Source: Octopus bimaculoides (taxonomy: Eukaryota). From it: 48,009 nt of DNA. Positions within the stretch are counted from its first letter, which is position 1, and every line of letters begins with the position of its first letter. A program made the position numbers and the translations under genes. This document shows, piece by piece, positions 1 through 11,458 of this stretch. Under the pieces are notes generated by a model. It was not told the DNA's origin. It saw only the letters and a program-made list of their open reading frames with translations, and ran no database searches. The stretch is from assembly GCF_001194135.2 (NCBI RefSeq), contig NC_068983.1, positions 78,013,468-78,061,476 on the forward strand, in the 5' to 3' direction.

Positions 1-81
1 TATATATATATATATATATATAATATATTATATTATATTATATTATATTATATTATATTATATTATATTATATTATATTAT
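1..81. repeat. (TA)n followed by (TATTA)n microsatellite
   Basis: Direct reading of the sequence. Confidence 0.97.
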
Positions 82-199
82 GTTCCTTAGGAACGTTTTA
101 TAGTATAGTATAAAGCTCTTCCACCTTCAGAATAAATCAGTAGTATAGGTAGCACTATTATATACTTTAACCCTAAAATTGGGCATTCGACGTGTGTGA

Positions 200-816
200 A
201 TATAAAACTGAAGAGATTGAAGTCAAGAAGAAAGAGTACGTTTGGACAGTTGTTTATTATTCACTACAGTTGATTCGACACAACGCAGTTCTCCAAGAAT
301 ACAAGTATTTTATCATGCAGCTGTTTGTTTGCATAATGATATCTAGTTGTGTTTCCTCGGGCGATATACAAGCGTTGGTTCCGTTAGTTTAAAATCTTCA
401 ACTTGAGGGCCATCCTCTTTGTAGTAGTTTTAATTTGGTTGTAGCTAAAATCCTCATGGTGCCAGCTGTGAGAGCGTGTTTGTCCGACTACAACTTCCAT
501 AGTAGTTGGACAAAACTACATAGTAGTCGGACAAACACTCTCTCACAGCTCACACCATGAGGATTTCAGCCACAACCAAATTAAAACTACTACAAACAGG
601 GTGGATAGACTTGAAGTGGAAGATTTTAAATTAGGGGCACAACATTTGTGTATCGCCTGAGGAAACACAACTTGATCTCATTATGCAAACAAACGGTTGC
701 ATAATCCTATACCCGTATTCTTTTAGAACGACGTTGTGTCGAAACAATTGCAGCGAATAATAAACAAATGTCCAAACGTACTCCCTGCTCTTGACTCTAA
801 CCTCTTCAATTATATA
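200..816. repeat. Long imperfect inverted repeat (fold-back), about 290-bp arms, probably an inverted Penelope-like pLTR pair
   Basis: 234-491 pairs with 523-783 (e.g. GAGTACGTTTGGACAGTTGTTTATTATTC vs GAATAATAAACAAATGTCCAAACGTACTC; TGTCCGACTAC at 481-491 vs GTAGTCGGACA at 523-533), extending more weakly to about 200/816. Loop about 31 nt. The right arm carries CTGAGGA (657-663) and GAAAC (741-745). The inverted repeat is seen directly; the PLE assignment is inference. Confidence 0.9.
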
Positions 817-1617
817 TATATTATATCAAATTATATTATATAATATGTTAACTTTCTTGAAACCACGATTTCATGATGAATATAATCAACAATTTTTCAA
901 CCAGAATTCCAAATGAGTATTAGCACTTCACCAACTAAAGTGGCAGAGTGTCACTTACGATTTACCTGTATCTTAATTATAATTCAATTTAATTCCAGTA
1001 TGATTTACTGCTATCTTATTTATAATTCAGAAGTATCCTATTTGTGATTTAATTTTATTCTATTTATGATACATTGTTGTGTTTATAATTTAAGGTTAGC
1101 TTAATTAAAATTTAGCGTTATTTATTTGGATGTCACGTCACTCTCGAGTACTACTGATAACGTGTAACTTATTGCATGGTCTGGTCGTCGGAGACTAAAC
1201 CGGCAGCCCCACCAAGCTTGCTTGGTGAGTTGGATGATTTGAACACCCAATAGGATGAAAAACCCACTAGGCGAAAGAACTCGTGAGAGTCAACGGCTAT
1301 CGATTATTGTGTATATAAAGGAGTTAGCCACAATGTCTAAAAATCCATGAGCCAGTATCACGGGGAGAAGCATGGTGGATGTGGAGTTGGGCATATTGAT
1401 CTTCATTCGACGTATGATTTTTATTCAATGGAACAACACAACACAGGCTACGCGGAAGAGCCTCTTCAGTCAACGAATAGTCTAGGGCTGACCAATCTAG
1501 TTAGGGGATTATTGCCAGTCGATAGAACTAGCGATTCATCAACTCACGTTAACTACTTGAAAAACACTATGGAGTTCTGGAACCTTATAGCTTCATCAAC
1601 TGAAGTTGGATGACTAC

Positions 1618-1656
1618 TGTAGTAGTAGCAGCAGCAGCAGCAGAAGCAGCAGCAAC

Positions 1657-1716
<60 letters not shown>
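1618..1716. repeat. (AGC)n/(AGT)n compound microsatellite
   Basis: Direct reading; explains the poly-Ser ORF 1606..1833. Confidence 0.97.
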
Positions 1717-2120
1717 TACAATTTAGTTCTATCTTATCTATTATTCACGATGAGGCAGATGAAAGGGTACAGTAACTGGCAATACAATTCTAGGGAAAGC
1801 CGTAGATTCATTGGTTTTTCATATATACTTTAGACGAACATATTCTAAAATAATAATATTATAGCTAGAGCTAGAGGATAGCTGCATAATTGGATACGAT
1901 TCAAAGCAACATGTCACATACCTTATATTTACATATATATACAGTTTTTGACATTCTTTTAGGCATTTGTTTGGCTAACCATTTTGCGTAAGTCTTCTTT
2001 CTATACAGGAATTCACGATATTTAAGAATGAAATGCTTGCAACAATATTTGCAGTGTTTTCATGATAAGTGATTGTGTGCCGTTCTTCAGCCGCTTAATG
2101 TCAATCACTTTAAGGAATGG

Positions 2121-2122
2121 CA

Positions 2123-2165
<43 letters not shown>

Positions 2166-2442
2166 AACACACAAACATACATACATGCATACATATATAT
2201 ATATATATATATACTATGTATATATTTTTCCTTCGTACTTATCTACCTACCAACCTACTTACCTACATACATGCAGATGTACACACACATGTATACAAAC
2301 ATGCATTCATAAAAATCCATACAGGCACACACATTGTGTGTGTATATTTATATATGTGTGTATGCATGTATATGAGCAAGCAAATCTAATTTTATAAATA
2401 TTCTTAAAAGTACATTCCCACACAGATACACTCATACACACA

Positions 2443-2527
<85 letters not shown>

Positions 2528-2540
2528 GAACACACATACA
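2121..2540. repeat. (CA)n, (TA)n and (CA)n microsatellite cluster
   Basis: CA runs at about 2122-2160 and 2436-2525, TA run at about 2192-2212; explains the HT/CV ORFs. Confidence 0.95.
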
Positions 2541-3651
2541 GACATAAATGCATGCAGAAATATACTGCTTATATATTTAGGTTCTATTCAAATACAAGTG
2601 ACTTCTTGTGCCAAAATTGTTATACATGCAGTGACAAATAAGTGATATAACAACATGATGTGTTTATTCATGTGAATTTCTACTTTCTTAACGATCCTAT
2701 ATGAAATTTTCTAAGCTTGCTGTCTAAACTAGCTAAACTTGCTGTCAGGAATCAATAGAGAAATGTGAGAGATTTTAGATAATATTAAGCGAATATTTGT
2801 TCTCTTCCTATTATCACTTTACTTTATAATGAATAAATAGAATAACTATAAATAATAAATAATTTGCCAGCAAATTGTGAACAGGAAGACACAATAGGTC
2901 ATTGATCTTTAATATGCTTACAACTGGAGCCAGTTGAAGTGGATTGGCAGAGATTAAACATAAACATTCAAACATTTATCAATTCCATATCTGACGCAGC
3001 AGCAGAAGGAAAATAAATGAATAATAAAAAGTTAAAAACAGAGAGAAAGGAAATGAAAAGAGAAAAAGAATACCCGAAGCTCTTATAAATGAGTGGATTA
3101 ATAAAATAATTGAAATAAAATTTTAGCATGATGAAGTGTTAAGTAAACAATCTACTTATTCGTTTGTTAACTAGTAAGTTAGTTAATTAAAAGTTCTTCA
3201 TCGAAATATGGAGAGTTAATAAGGCGACTGTAAGTGTCCGGTATGCGCTGAAGGTGTAAACCTAAAAATCAAGTGATAAAGAAATACAAAAACCTCTACA
3301 ACTGTACAAAACGCATTTTAGGTATTGCAATAGAAATGCTACATAGTGATACGACTAAGCTGTGAAAGATTAGGTGTGTTAGTTAAATAGGGTTAAAGGA
3401 GGGAGTGAAATGAAACGAAAAGGAATAAGGAAAGAGTATTAATGTCACTTCAGGACAGATGAGAAGAACACTTGACAAAGCTGTATTAACGGATACATGT
3501 GACGAAGTGAATGAGGCATGCGTACTTGCCCTGGTATTTTAGTGCCAGTAACTTCTCCCTTTTACTTGCTACATTCCTACACTCTCAAGTTCCCGTGTTG
3601 TCCAACTAGCGTCTATTAATTTATTCTTTTCTCATCACCATTATTACCGCT

Positions 3652-3703
<52 letters not shown>
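3652..3703. repeat. (ATC)n microsatellite
   Basis: Direct reading; explains the poly-Met ORF. Confidence 0.97.
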
Positions 3704-3704
<1 letters not shown>

Positions 3705-4499
3705 TTTCATCGTTATCGTGCCAATGTTTCTTAATAGTCTTATTTGTATTAGTACTATATTGAGAGACGAGAATGAGAAGAGGGCACTTGTGCTAGTGAT
3801 TAGAGTAGTTTTGTGGAGTTTCATAAGCAACCTTAGGAAGACACCCTCTGTTTGAGAATTATGTATGGTTGGAATTTCAGCACGAGATAAGATATGAGTT
3901 GATAGGCCTGAGATGATAGGTATTACACACCTGCTAATGAGCTTATTTACAACACATGTACAAGCGCAATATAAAGTAGACAGTTTGAGCATTGTATCTA
4001 CACTGGCATTGATATCCTAGTTTTAGATGTGTTACAAAATGGAGACAGATCTTGAGTGCAGAGGTCAGAAAATAACAAGTATTTGGAAAGCATAAGCATA
4101 AATTGCAAGTCCTAATGAGACGCAGAAATCACAGACATGTCGACCAAGTACATAATTATTATTTCAATGTTACCGTTTCAGACAGCAGTGTTTAGAGGTG
4201 CGCTGTATCAACAGGGGATCACTTCGATCTATACCACATCAGCTGTACTTCGATCTATACCTCGTTAGCTGCAGAGTCATTGTGTGCCAAAAAGCATCTT
4301 CCATACATTTGCACGTGTGGATAACAGCTATATTCCGCCACCTCACTGGAATTGATAATTGTTTTGTCTTGTTAATAATATTGTCTCAACCTATCGACCT
4401 AACAATGTGTTAAATGCTTTGTTCTAAAGTTGCCTTCACATGCATCATATCTTTTTAATGCATGGAGCCGTAAGTGTAAAGGCTCTATCAGTATATACT

Positions 4500-4800
<301 letters not shown>

Positions 4801-5451
4801 TCACGTGTGCGTGTGTATGTGTATGTTATACACTATCATGTTCTGATTTTTTTTTTAATTCAGAATGTTTACTTCTAACTTTCATTTCAAGATATATATT
4901 CATTATTCTTTCTGGCATTCGTATGTAAAGTAGTTCTTTAAAATGTATTCAGTTACAGCGCATACTACAATATATATGAGAATTTTCAAATTAACACCTT
5001 GGAAAGAAGCAGTAAGTTGATATTTTATGTACAATATTCTCCACATACAAGGAGAATTTACATATAAAAAAAATCAGAACAGAAGATATTCAAATATATA
5101 TTAAATATCTGATAGCTGATAGCTGAACAATGTTTCATTCTTCTCAGTCAAATTATATGGCTTTGGAACTTAGATATGTTATAAACTATGAAAACCTAGA
5201 TATATGATAGCTCTGAAACCTAGGTGAGTGATAGCAATGAAATTAGATTGCTATTGGCTTTAAAATATTGGAGAATATCTACTTGACAGCTCTAAGTTCT
5301 CCTTAATATAATTGTGTAATGTTTTCCATATTATTTTCTCTATGTTTTGCATTTATTCCCTTCATACTAACATCACTGATATAATTGTTTCGCATATTTT
5401 AACATTTCTATATATTGATTGAGTATTTTATTCTTGTATGTCCTTTCGTTT

Positions 5452-5628
5452 TGCAAGTAATTATAGGAGCCAAGAATCTTTGCTCGAATCATACCCTACC
5501 ATTTTAAACAATCACATTCGATAACATACTTCTGAATATTTGTAAAATACATGATGGTCACAGCTGGAACGCCTTTAGTCATAAAGCTGTTCGGTCGAAA
5601 CTGACATTGGTCTAATAAACAAAAGCAA
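5452..5628 (+). mobile_element. Degraded copy of a short AAC-tailed interspersed repeat (SINE-like)
   Basis: GATGGTCACAGCTGGAACGCCTTTAGTCATA... resembles the 3' part of 32569-32763 and the reverse complements at 34085-34190 and 34325-34510. Confidence 0.6.
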
Positions 5629-5695
5629 CTAATCAAGTAGAATTAGTTGTATTTACAGGTGAAGATACAAGCGCAAGTAGGATAAACTGCCTTAC

Positions 5696-5763
5696 CAGGA
5701 GACTCCTGAATTTAGTTGCGGCAAGGTTGTTAGGAGATTTCACTAACGTCACGACTGACGTAC
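5696..5763 (-). CDS. Candidate internal exon of an unidentified host gene ((G)TSVVTLVKSPNNLAATKFRSLL)
   Basis: Minus strand tttctattaaaaacag|68 nt|gtaagg; one open frame, phase 1 to 0; in phase with the 9743 candidate. No homology recognised. Confidence 0.3.
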
Positions 5764-6099
5764 CTGTTTTTAATAGAAACATGTTTTGCTATTGATTTAA
5801 CTAAACTTTACGAGCATTCATTTCTTACAAATCAAAATAAGCTAATGCAATTATTGTTCTTGTCACCATCAACCTCTCGTAATGTTGCAAATATAGTCAT
5901 ATCTGCCAAGTGGTACAGCTATGGACAATTTGTTATGCGGTGATTTATTATATGGTGTGCTAGTGGCTTTCTGAAGATTTGTATTTCCAATTTCGCAAAG
6001 ATTTTTCGCTTCCCTGTTTTAATTAGCCACAGATCACCGCTCGTTGAATTAAACATCATTACAAGCGTGAAGGACTCGTCTTTTTAAGAATTTGTATTC

Positions 6100-6155
<56 letters not shown>
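6100..6155 (+). repeat. (AAT)n microsatellite at the 5' junction of a Dong-like fragment
   Basis: Direct reading. Confidence 0.97.
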
Positions 6156-6156
<1 letters not shown>

Positions 6157-6640
6157 GAACGCCAAGACAGATACAGAAGACCGGTGGCTATGGATGAGGA
6201 GGAGTGACCTGAAGATAGAGACAGAAGCACTTATATGTGCAGCTCAAGAACCAGCGTTAAAGACTATGTGACGTGCGGAATCGACAAAACTGCCAAAGGC
6301 AACAAACGCACAATATGTGGTGAGAGGGGTGAAATGGCAACTATGACAATTTGAAGTGGGAAATACGAAAGTTGTAGTCAATGAGAAGAGTAGACATGGT
6401 ACTAATAGTAATTGGTTCACTTGGAAGTATCAGCACTCAAGTACCAACATGGCTCAAATAAATTGGTACAAATGTGAAGTTAGAACACCTACAAAAATCA
6501 GCATTGCTTGGAACTGCAAGAATTCTTCGCATGGTTCTTGAAGTATGATCAGTAAAAAAGTGTCATCTTAGCCTGCTGGCTCTGGACAGTTGACACTTTC
6601 TGTCATACTTAGGAAAATAAGTTGTGAGCTTTCATCAAAT
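6156..6640 (+). mobile_element. R4/Dong-clade non-LTR retrotransposon 3' fragment A (5'-truncated, internally deleted)
   Basis: Broken reading WLWMRRSDLKIETEALICAAQE...ICGERGE jumps at about 6335 to YDNLKWEIRKL...VIGSLG...LQKSALLGTARILRMVLEV* (stop 6546-6548); short 3' UTR then an AAT run. Confidence 0.9.
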
Positions 6641-6660
6641 AATAACAATGATAATAATAA

Positions 6661-7212
6661 ATGCCCTGATGCAGTACTAGGCAGTGGCTCCCTTGCCTTC
6701 TACTCTTAAGTGATTGGAAATGTTATCATGTACATTGTTTTGTCTTGGTATATAAAAGATGGGCAACAGCAAATATTCTACTCAATACCACAGATTTGTT
6801 TGTCAGTTGTTTGACCATAACCAGTTGAGTATGTCTCTTAGTGGATGACATGTACATCTCTGATCACGAGCAGAAGTAGTGGGGAAACATTATAGCTATG
6901 TGTTGAAAGGAATTCTTTGGGGCTTGGATAAATCACCTATGGAAACATGGGTGTTTCGTTCAACATCCTTAAACAACCCTTATTCAAGGACCTTTTGAGC
7001 GAATGGGCTACTCGACTTGCAGAAAATTCTAACTAGCCTCACCTGCAAGGTCATGCTCTGTTTATCTTGATTATAAGATCACCGTGCAGATATGGCTGTG
7101 ATGAATGTGCCAGGTGTATACCCTTATCATGACGGGTAATCGTGATGGGTATACTGGGCTTCGTATATTTTACCCCAGTCTCACTTTGATGACATGCACT
7201 GCTCTCTCACTC
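6661..7212. mobile_element. About 550-bp non-coding interspersed repeat embedded in AAT repeats
   Basis: Sharp boundaries against AAT runs on both sides and higher GC than the flanks; recognised from memory as an abundant Octopus repeat (ATGCCCTGATGCAGTAC...CTCTCTCACTC). Class not determined. Confidence 0.7.
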
Positions 7213-7271
7213 AATAATAATAATTGATAATACAAACAAACATAATGATAATAATAATAATAATAATAATA

Positions 7272-7315
<44 letters not shown>

Positions 7316-7387
7316 GATTATTATTATTATTACTATTATTATTATTATTATAATAATAGTAATAATAATAATAATCATCATAATAAT
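7213..7387. repeat. (AAT)n-(ATT)n-(AAT)n orientation-switching microsatellite
   Basis: AAT to about 7272, ATT about 7273-7350, AAT about 7351-7387. Confidence 0.95.
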
Positions 7388-8450
7388 ACGAACACGTAAA
7401 TTAATGACAATGAACAAGGAACTAAACCCCAAGAGTGATGTGTCAAGGCTGTATGTAAAGAGGAAAGGAAGGCGGGGATTGGTGTGTTGTGAATGTTGTG
7501 TAAAGGAAGAAGAGAATAGCGTGGCATGGTATGTTAAGGGGAGTAAAGAAGAAATGATTGAAGCAGTGAAAATACAATTTAAGAAAGACCAGAGAGAGAG
7601 AGAGATGAAGAAAATGTGATAGGACAAGAAAATGCACAGTCACTTCTTGAAGAATAAAGATTAAATTGATTGGAATAGAACCTGGCAATGGCTGCAGAAA
7701 GGCGACTTAAAAGGGCCCACTGAGGTATTTGTGTGCAGCGCTCAAGAACAAGCTCTCAGAACAAACTACTCCATATATCACATTGATAAAAGTACTGACT
7801 CTCCACAGTGTACGATGTGCTCTGAGAAGGGAGAAAGGATAAGCCATATCGTTAGTGAGTGTTGTAAGCTCGCACAACGCAAATACAATAGGAAAGACGA
7901 CAACGTCGCCAGATATGTCCATTGGCTGCTGTGCAGTAAAGTAAATCACGAGATAGCCGAACAATGGTATGAACACAAGCCAGAGGGAGTAATGGAAAAC
8001 GAACATTACAAATTACTCTGGGATTTTAAAATGTAGTGCGACCAAGTCATAGAGGCGAGGCGACCAGATATCGTGTTCATCTATAAAAATGAAAAAGAAG
8101 TAAAGATAATAGATGTTGATATACAAAGCGATTCGAGGGTGAAATGTAAGGAAACAGAAAAGATTGAGAAATACCAGCCACTGCGGGACAAGATAAGAAA
8201 GTTATGGGGCATGAGGACAGTAATGATGATACCGGAGGTAATTGGAGCAATTTCGAAGAGCTTTGAAAAGCATATTAAGAATATTGGAGCTGCTGTCAGG
8301 CTCGAGGTGATTAAGAAGACAGCCTTGTTGGGTACAGCTCTCATTCTAAGGAGAGTATTGTCCCTTTGAGTCACAGAAGAAGTGATTTGTTATTGCCTGC
8401 TTTCAAGTAAAGAGTAACCGGTAGTTAAGAACTATCCGTGAGTCTTTCAG
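7388..8450 (+). mobile_element. R4/Dong-clade fragment B: post-RT region, CCHC zinc knuckle and RLE endonuclease (pseudogenised)
   Basis: HPKSDV-like NPKSDVSRLYVKRKGRRGL; KGDLKGPTEVFVCSAQEQALRTN; CTMC...ERISHIVSEC (CCHC); YEHKPEGVMENEHYKLLWDF; RRPDIVF...IIDVD...KETEKIEKY (PD-D/ExK); ...KKTALLGTALILRRVLSL* (8367-8369). Internal stops and frameshifts present. Confidence 0.95.
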
Positions 8451-8477
8451 AATAACAATGATAATAACAATAATAGT

Positions 8478-9460
8478 AAGGCAAAGGAATATCTAAGTGA
8501 ATTCCAAATACAACAAAATACCAAATTAGACGTATTAGAAACAAGCACAGAAAAATCTAAGCGTATGAAAACCCGTGCTAAAACTGCTGCCTTGGATATT
8601 CTTACTGATAAATGGCAAGAAAAACCATTCAATGGCAAATACCAAAAGAGACCTAATAGTGCCGAAGTTGACAAAGTCCATATCCATGAATGGTTAGTGT
8701 CTTCTGGCTTAAAATCAGAAACAGAAGGGTTTATCATAGCAGCCCAAGATCAATGCCTACCTGAAGTGGCAGACTGGGTCTAAAAATATTGGTTGCCAGG
8801 AGACTAAGGGGGCCAACCCGCAACTACAAGAGGGGGGCACACACAACTAAATGGTATCATTTATTTATTTATTATTATATTTTGTTAAAAGTATTCTTTT
8901 CAACTGTCTACAAACATAGCCAGGTTGACATATTTAAAGCATTCTTCCAGGAGTAAATAAAAAATTCTCAAACTTAGATACTAACATGGGACCTCATATA
9001 TGGATTCTAATGGCGCAGGGACCCACTTGCCATCGGGCAAACTGGCAACCTGGCCAGTCCGCCACTGCCTACCTACAAGAAACTACCAGGCCAACATATT
9101 AAAGAACGGCAGCAGCCCAACATGTCATGTATGTCAACAACAAAATGAAACCATTGATCATGTTGTCTCCATGTGCAGTCTTCTTGCGCCAACAGAGTAT
9201 CTCTACAGGCACGATAGAGCAGCACAATATATTCACTGGGTAATTTGCAAAAACCTGGACCTGCCCCATGATAAAAACTGGTGGGAATACAAACCACTCC
9301 CAGTGCTTGAAAATGATCACATTTCACTCCTCTGTAATTTCACCAATCAAACTGACATTATATTGAAAGACTTCAGACAAAAATCATGCCTCTTCGTTGA
9401 TATGACTTTTCCAATCGTCCTAAATGTGTCTGTCAAGAACTACCAGAAACTGAGCAAGGT
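8478..9460 (+). mobile_element. R4/Dong-clade fragment C (different subfamily), interrupted by a MITE
   Basis: KWQEKPFNGKY...WLVSSGLKSETEGFIIAAQDQCLP [insert] TRNYQANILK...CHVCQQQNETIDHVVSMC (CCHC)...RHDRAAQYIHW...WWEYKP...; preceded by a degenerate AAT/AAC run at 8451-8477; 3' end missing. Confidence 0.93.
8764..9067. mobile_element. hAT-type MITE (304 bp) with 8-bp target-site duplication
   Basis: TIR AAGTGGCAGACTGG vs CCAGTCCGCCACTG (12/14 match); flanks CCTACCTG (8756-8763) and CCTACCTA (9068-9075). Removing the insert restores the frame QCLPTRNY. 8-bp TSD with short TIRs is the hAT signature. Confidence 0.88.
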
Positions 9461-9742
9461 CTGTCTACATCCATTACTGAGTAGGAGCGAACCGAAGCTG
9501 CAAATATATGTTTAAATGTAAAATTACATAACAAATCAAGATACGTGTGCATGCGTTTTGTGTGTCTGTGTTTGTGTGTATGTGTGCGAGAAAGAGAGAG
9601 GTATAGAAGGAGAGAGAAAGAGAGATACAAAGAAATTGTGAGAGCTCATACGTGCATACGTATGTGTTTGTTATGTTGTGCGCGGGTAGGTTAACGTATG
9701 TAGTTTGGATTTTTCAACGACATATAACTACTTCATACTCAC

Positions 9743-9802
9743 CTAGAACAATTAGAGAAAGTATACAACACATCACCAGGTCATATTTACAGTTGACACC
9801 TA
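9743..9802 (-). CDS. Candidate exon ((V)GVNCKYDLVMCCILSLIVL), hydrophobic segment
   Basis: Strong donor TAG|gtgagt; tandem acceptors tatag|TAG|G at 9802/9799; phase 1 to 1; in phase with the candidates on both sides. Confidence 0.3.
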
Positions 9803-9884
9803 CTATATAGCTGCATGTATGTTATAGAGGAATAAAAGATCAGGGAGCTAATGTACATTAGAAAGGACGTTTATTATTCCTTAC

Positions 9885-9929
9885 CGTCAAGAAAGATGCG
9901 GTCAGAAATTAGCGACTTTTGAGAAATAT
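9885..9929 (-). CDS. Candidate exon (ISQKSLISDRIFLD)
   Basis: tcctcttttcgattccag|45 nt|gtaagg; phase 1 to 1; 82-85 nt intron to the next candidate. Confidence 0.3.
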
Positions 9930-10358
9930 CTGGAATCGAAAAGAGGACAAATTTTAACACCAATCCCTCTTGGATAAACACTTAGTGCGTATATTATACA
10001 TTAATACATGCACAGACACAAACAATCACACAACCATACACACATATACCTATATATGTTTATTCGAACATACATATACTTATATGTGTATATAGATGAA
10101 TATATATATACATATATATGTGTGTGTATGCAGTTATATGTATGCAAATATTTACACATACATACATATAAATCTTTATATATATATATATATATATATA
10201 TTTGAAGTAAAGCAACAAAAATTCAATAGGTTATAGCAGTACGTACTTTTCGTACAAGCTCCATTTATTCATGTAGTGATGACACTACAGAAAATACAAT
10301 GAAAATGTACTCCTCAGCTTTTATGTTGGTTACACAATCAACCTTAAACAACGATTAT

Positions 10359-10662
10359 NNNNNNNNNNNNNNNNNNNNNNNNNNNNNNNNNNNNNNNNNN
10401 NNNNNNNNNNNNNNNNNNNNNNNNNNNNNNNNNNNNNNNNNNNNNNNNNNNNNNNNNNNNNNNNNNNNNNNNNNNNNNNNNNNNNNNNNNNNNNNNNNNN
10501 NNNNNNNNNNNNNNNNNNNNNNNNNNNNNNNNNNNNNNNNNNNNNNNNNNNNNNNNNNNNNNNNNNNNNNNNNNNNNNNNNNNNNNNNNNNNNNNNNNNN
10601 NNNNNNNNNNNNNNNNNNNNNNNNNNNNNNNNNNNNNNNNNNNNNNNNNNNNNNNNNNNNNN
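10359..10662. other. Assembly gap (N)
   Basis: N run. Confidence 1.
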
Positions 10663-11458
10663 AGATCTGACCTTAGGGTTCTATGTGTGCATTGTTACTC
10701 CCGCACCTTTAAATATTTTAAAAAGTAAATAATCTTTCTAATTTTTTTAATTTAGTTTCTCTCATTTCCCTGACTAATAACTATTTTATTTGAGGTATGA
10801 CTTTTAATATATACTTAGAATATTTTTTAACCTTTCCCAACCCATTGATAGTAGTCCTACATTTTCTCTAAGTTATTCTGAGTCTTTTTCGAAAACCTTA
10901 GCTTTATTTCTCTTAATTTAGTCCTGTTTTTTAACTCTATTCTTCCCCCTTTTTCCTCATCCCTATTCCCCCCTTTCTTTCTGTTTGGATTTTGGCCATT
11001 AATATTATAGTTTTTACCCATAAATAATTCCACCCCACATTAATTTATAATTTATATCTTATTTTAACTGGATATGTTTATCTTGTTCTAATTATTATTG
11101 TTCCCTATAGTTTTGAACTTAGTAATTCAGTGCTTCATTGTATTATTCTATTTATACTGTAGAATATATATGTCTTTAATACCTTGACCTTAATTCCATT
11201 ACCACCATTTTTTTTTCCAAATTCTTACCACTCCTTAGGGTATTGCCCTTCCATTTCCATTTTTTTTTCTTTCTTTCTCTCATGCTTGATTTACCCCTAA
11301 CCTGCTGTCCACCACTACTTAACCTGCCTTCCTCTAAATTTGAAATTACTACTATCCCTCCTTTTAGATTTTAAATTCTTGTTTGATTCACTTGTCTGTG
11401 AAACAGCAGCATAGTCGAGATGTGTTTTCTTCTCTTACTCTTGTTTTTTGCAAACATC

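Noticed and set aside
1130-1610. GC-richer stretch with minus-strand CTGAAGA-GGC...GCC hairpin (about 1465-1445) and ORF 1347..1613
   Set aside because: No GAAA follows the hairpin and no protein motif is recognised; probably an unclassified repeat, with too little support to call.
4183-4413. Cys-rich readings and a 15-bp direct repeat ACTTCGATCTATACC; vague C-type-lectin-like YIC ending
   Set aside because: No consistent splice/phase model and motif spacing does not fit.
5100-5260. Degenerate 22-25 bp repeats (GATAGCTCTGAAACCTAG-like)
   Set aside because: Only 3-4 poorly matching units; no spacer structure, so not a CRISPR and not a convincing minisatellite.
6156-7395. ACGAAC at the 5' junction of both Dong fragments A and B
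   Set aside because: Absent at the other three AAT junctions; likely coincidence.
9741-9760. Minus-strand polypyrimidine-AG|GTGAGT resembling a recursive splice site
   Set aside because: Equally explained as an ordinary exon donor; cannot be distinguished without RNA data.
9860-9975. Plus-strand frame RTFIIPYRQERCGQKL... resembling a galactosyltransferase IIPxR motif
   Set aside because: The match is only five residues, the frame ends in a stop, and it overlaps a better-bounded minus-strand candidate.
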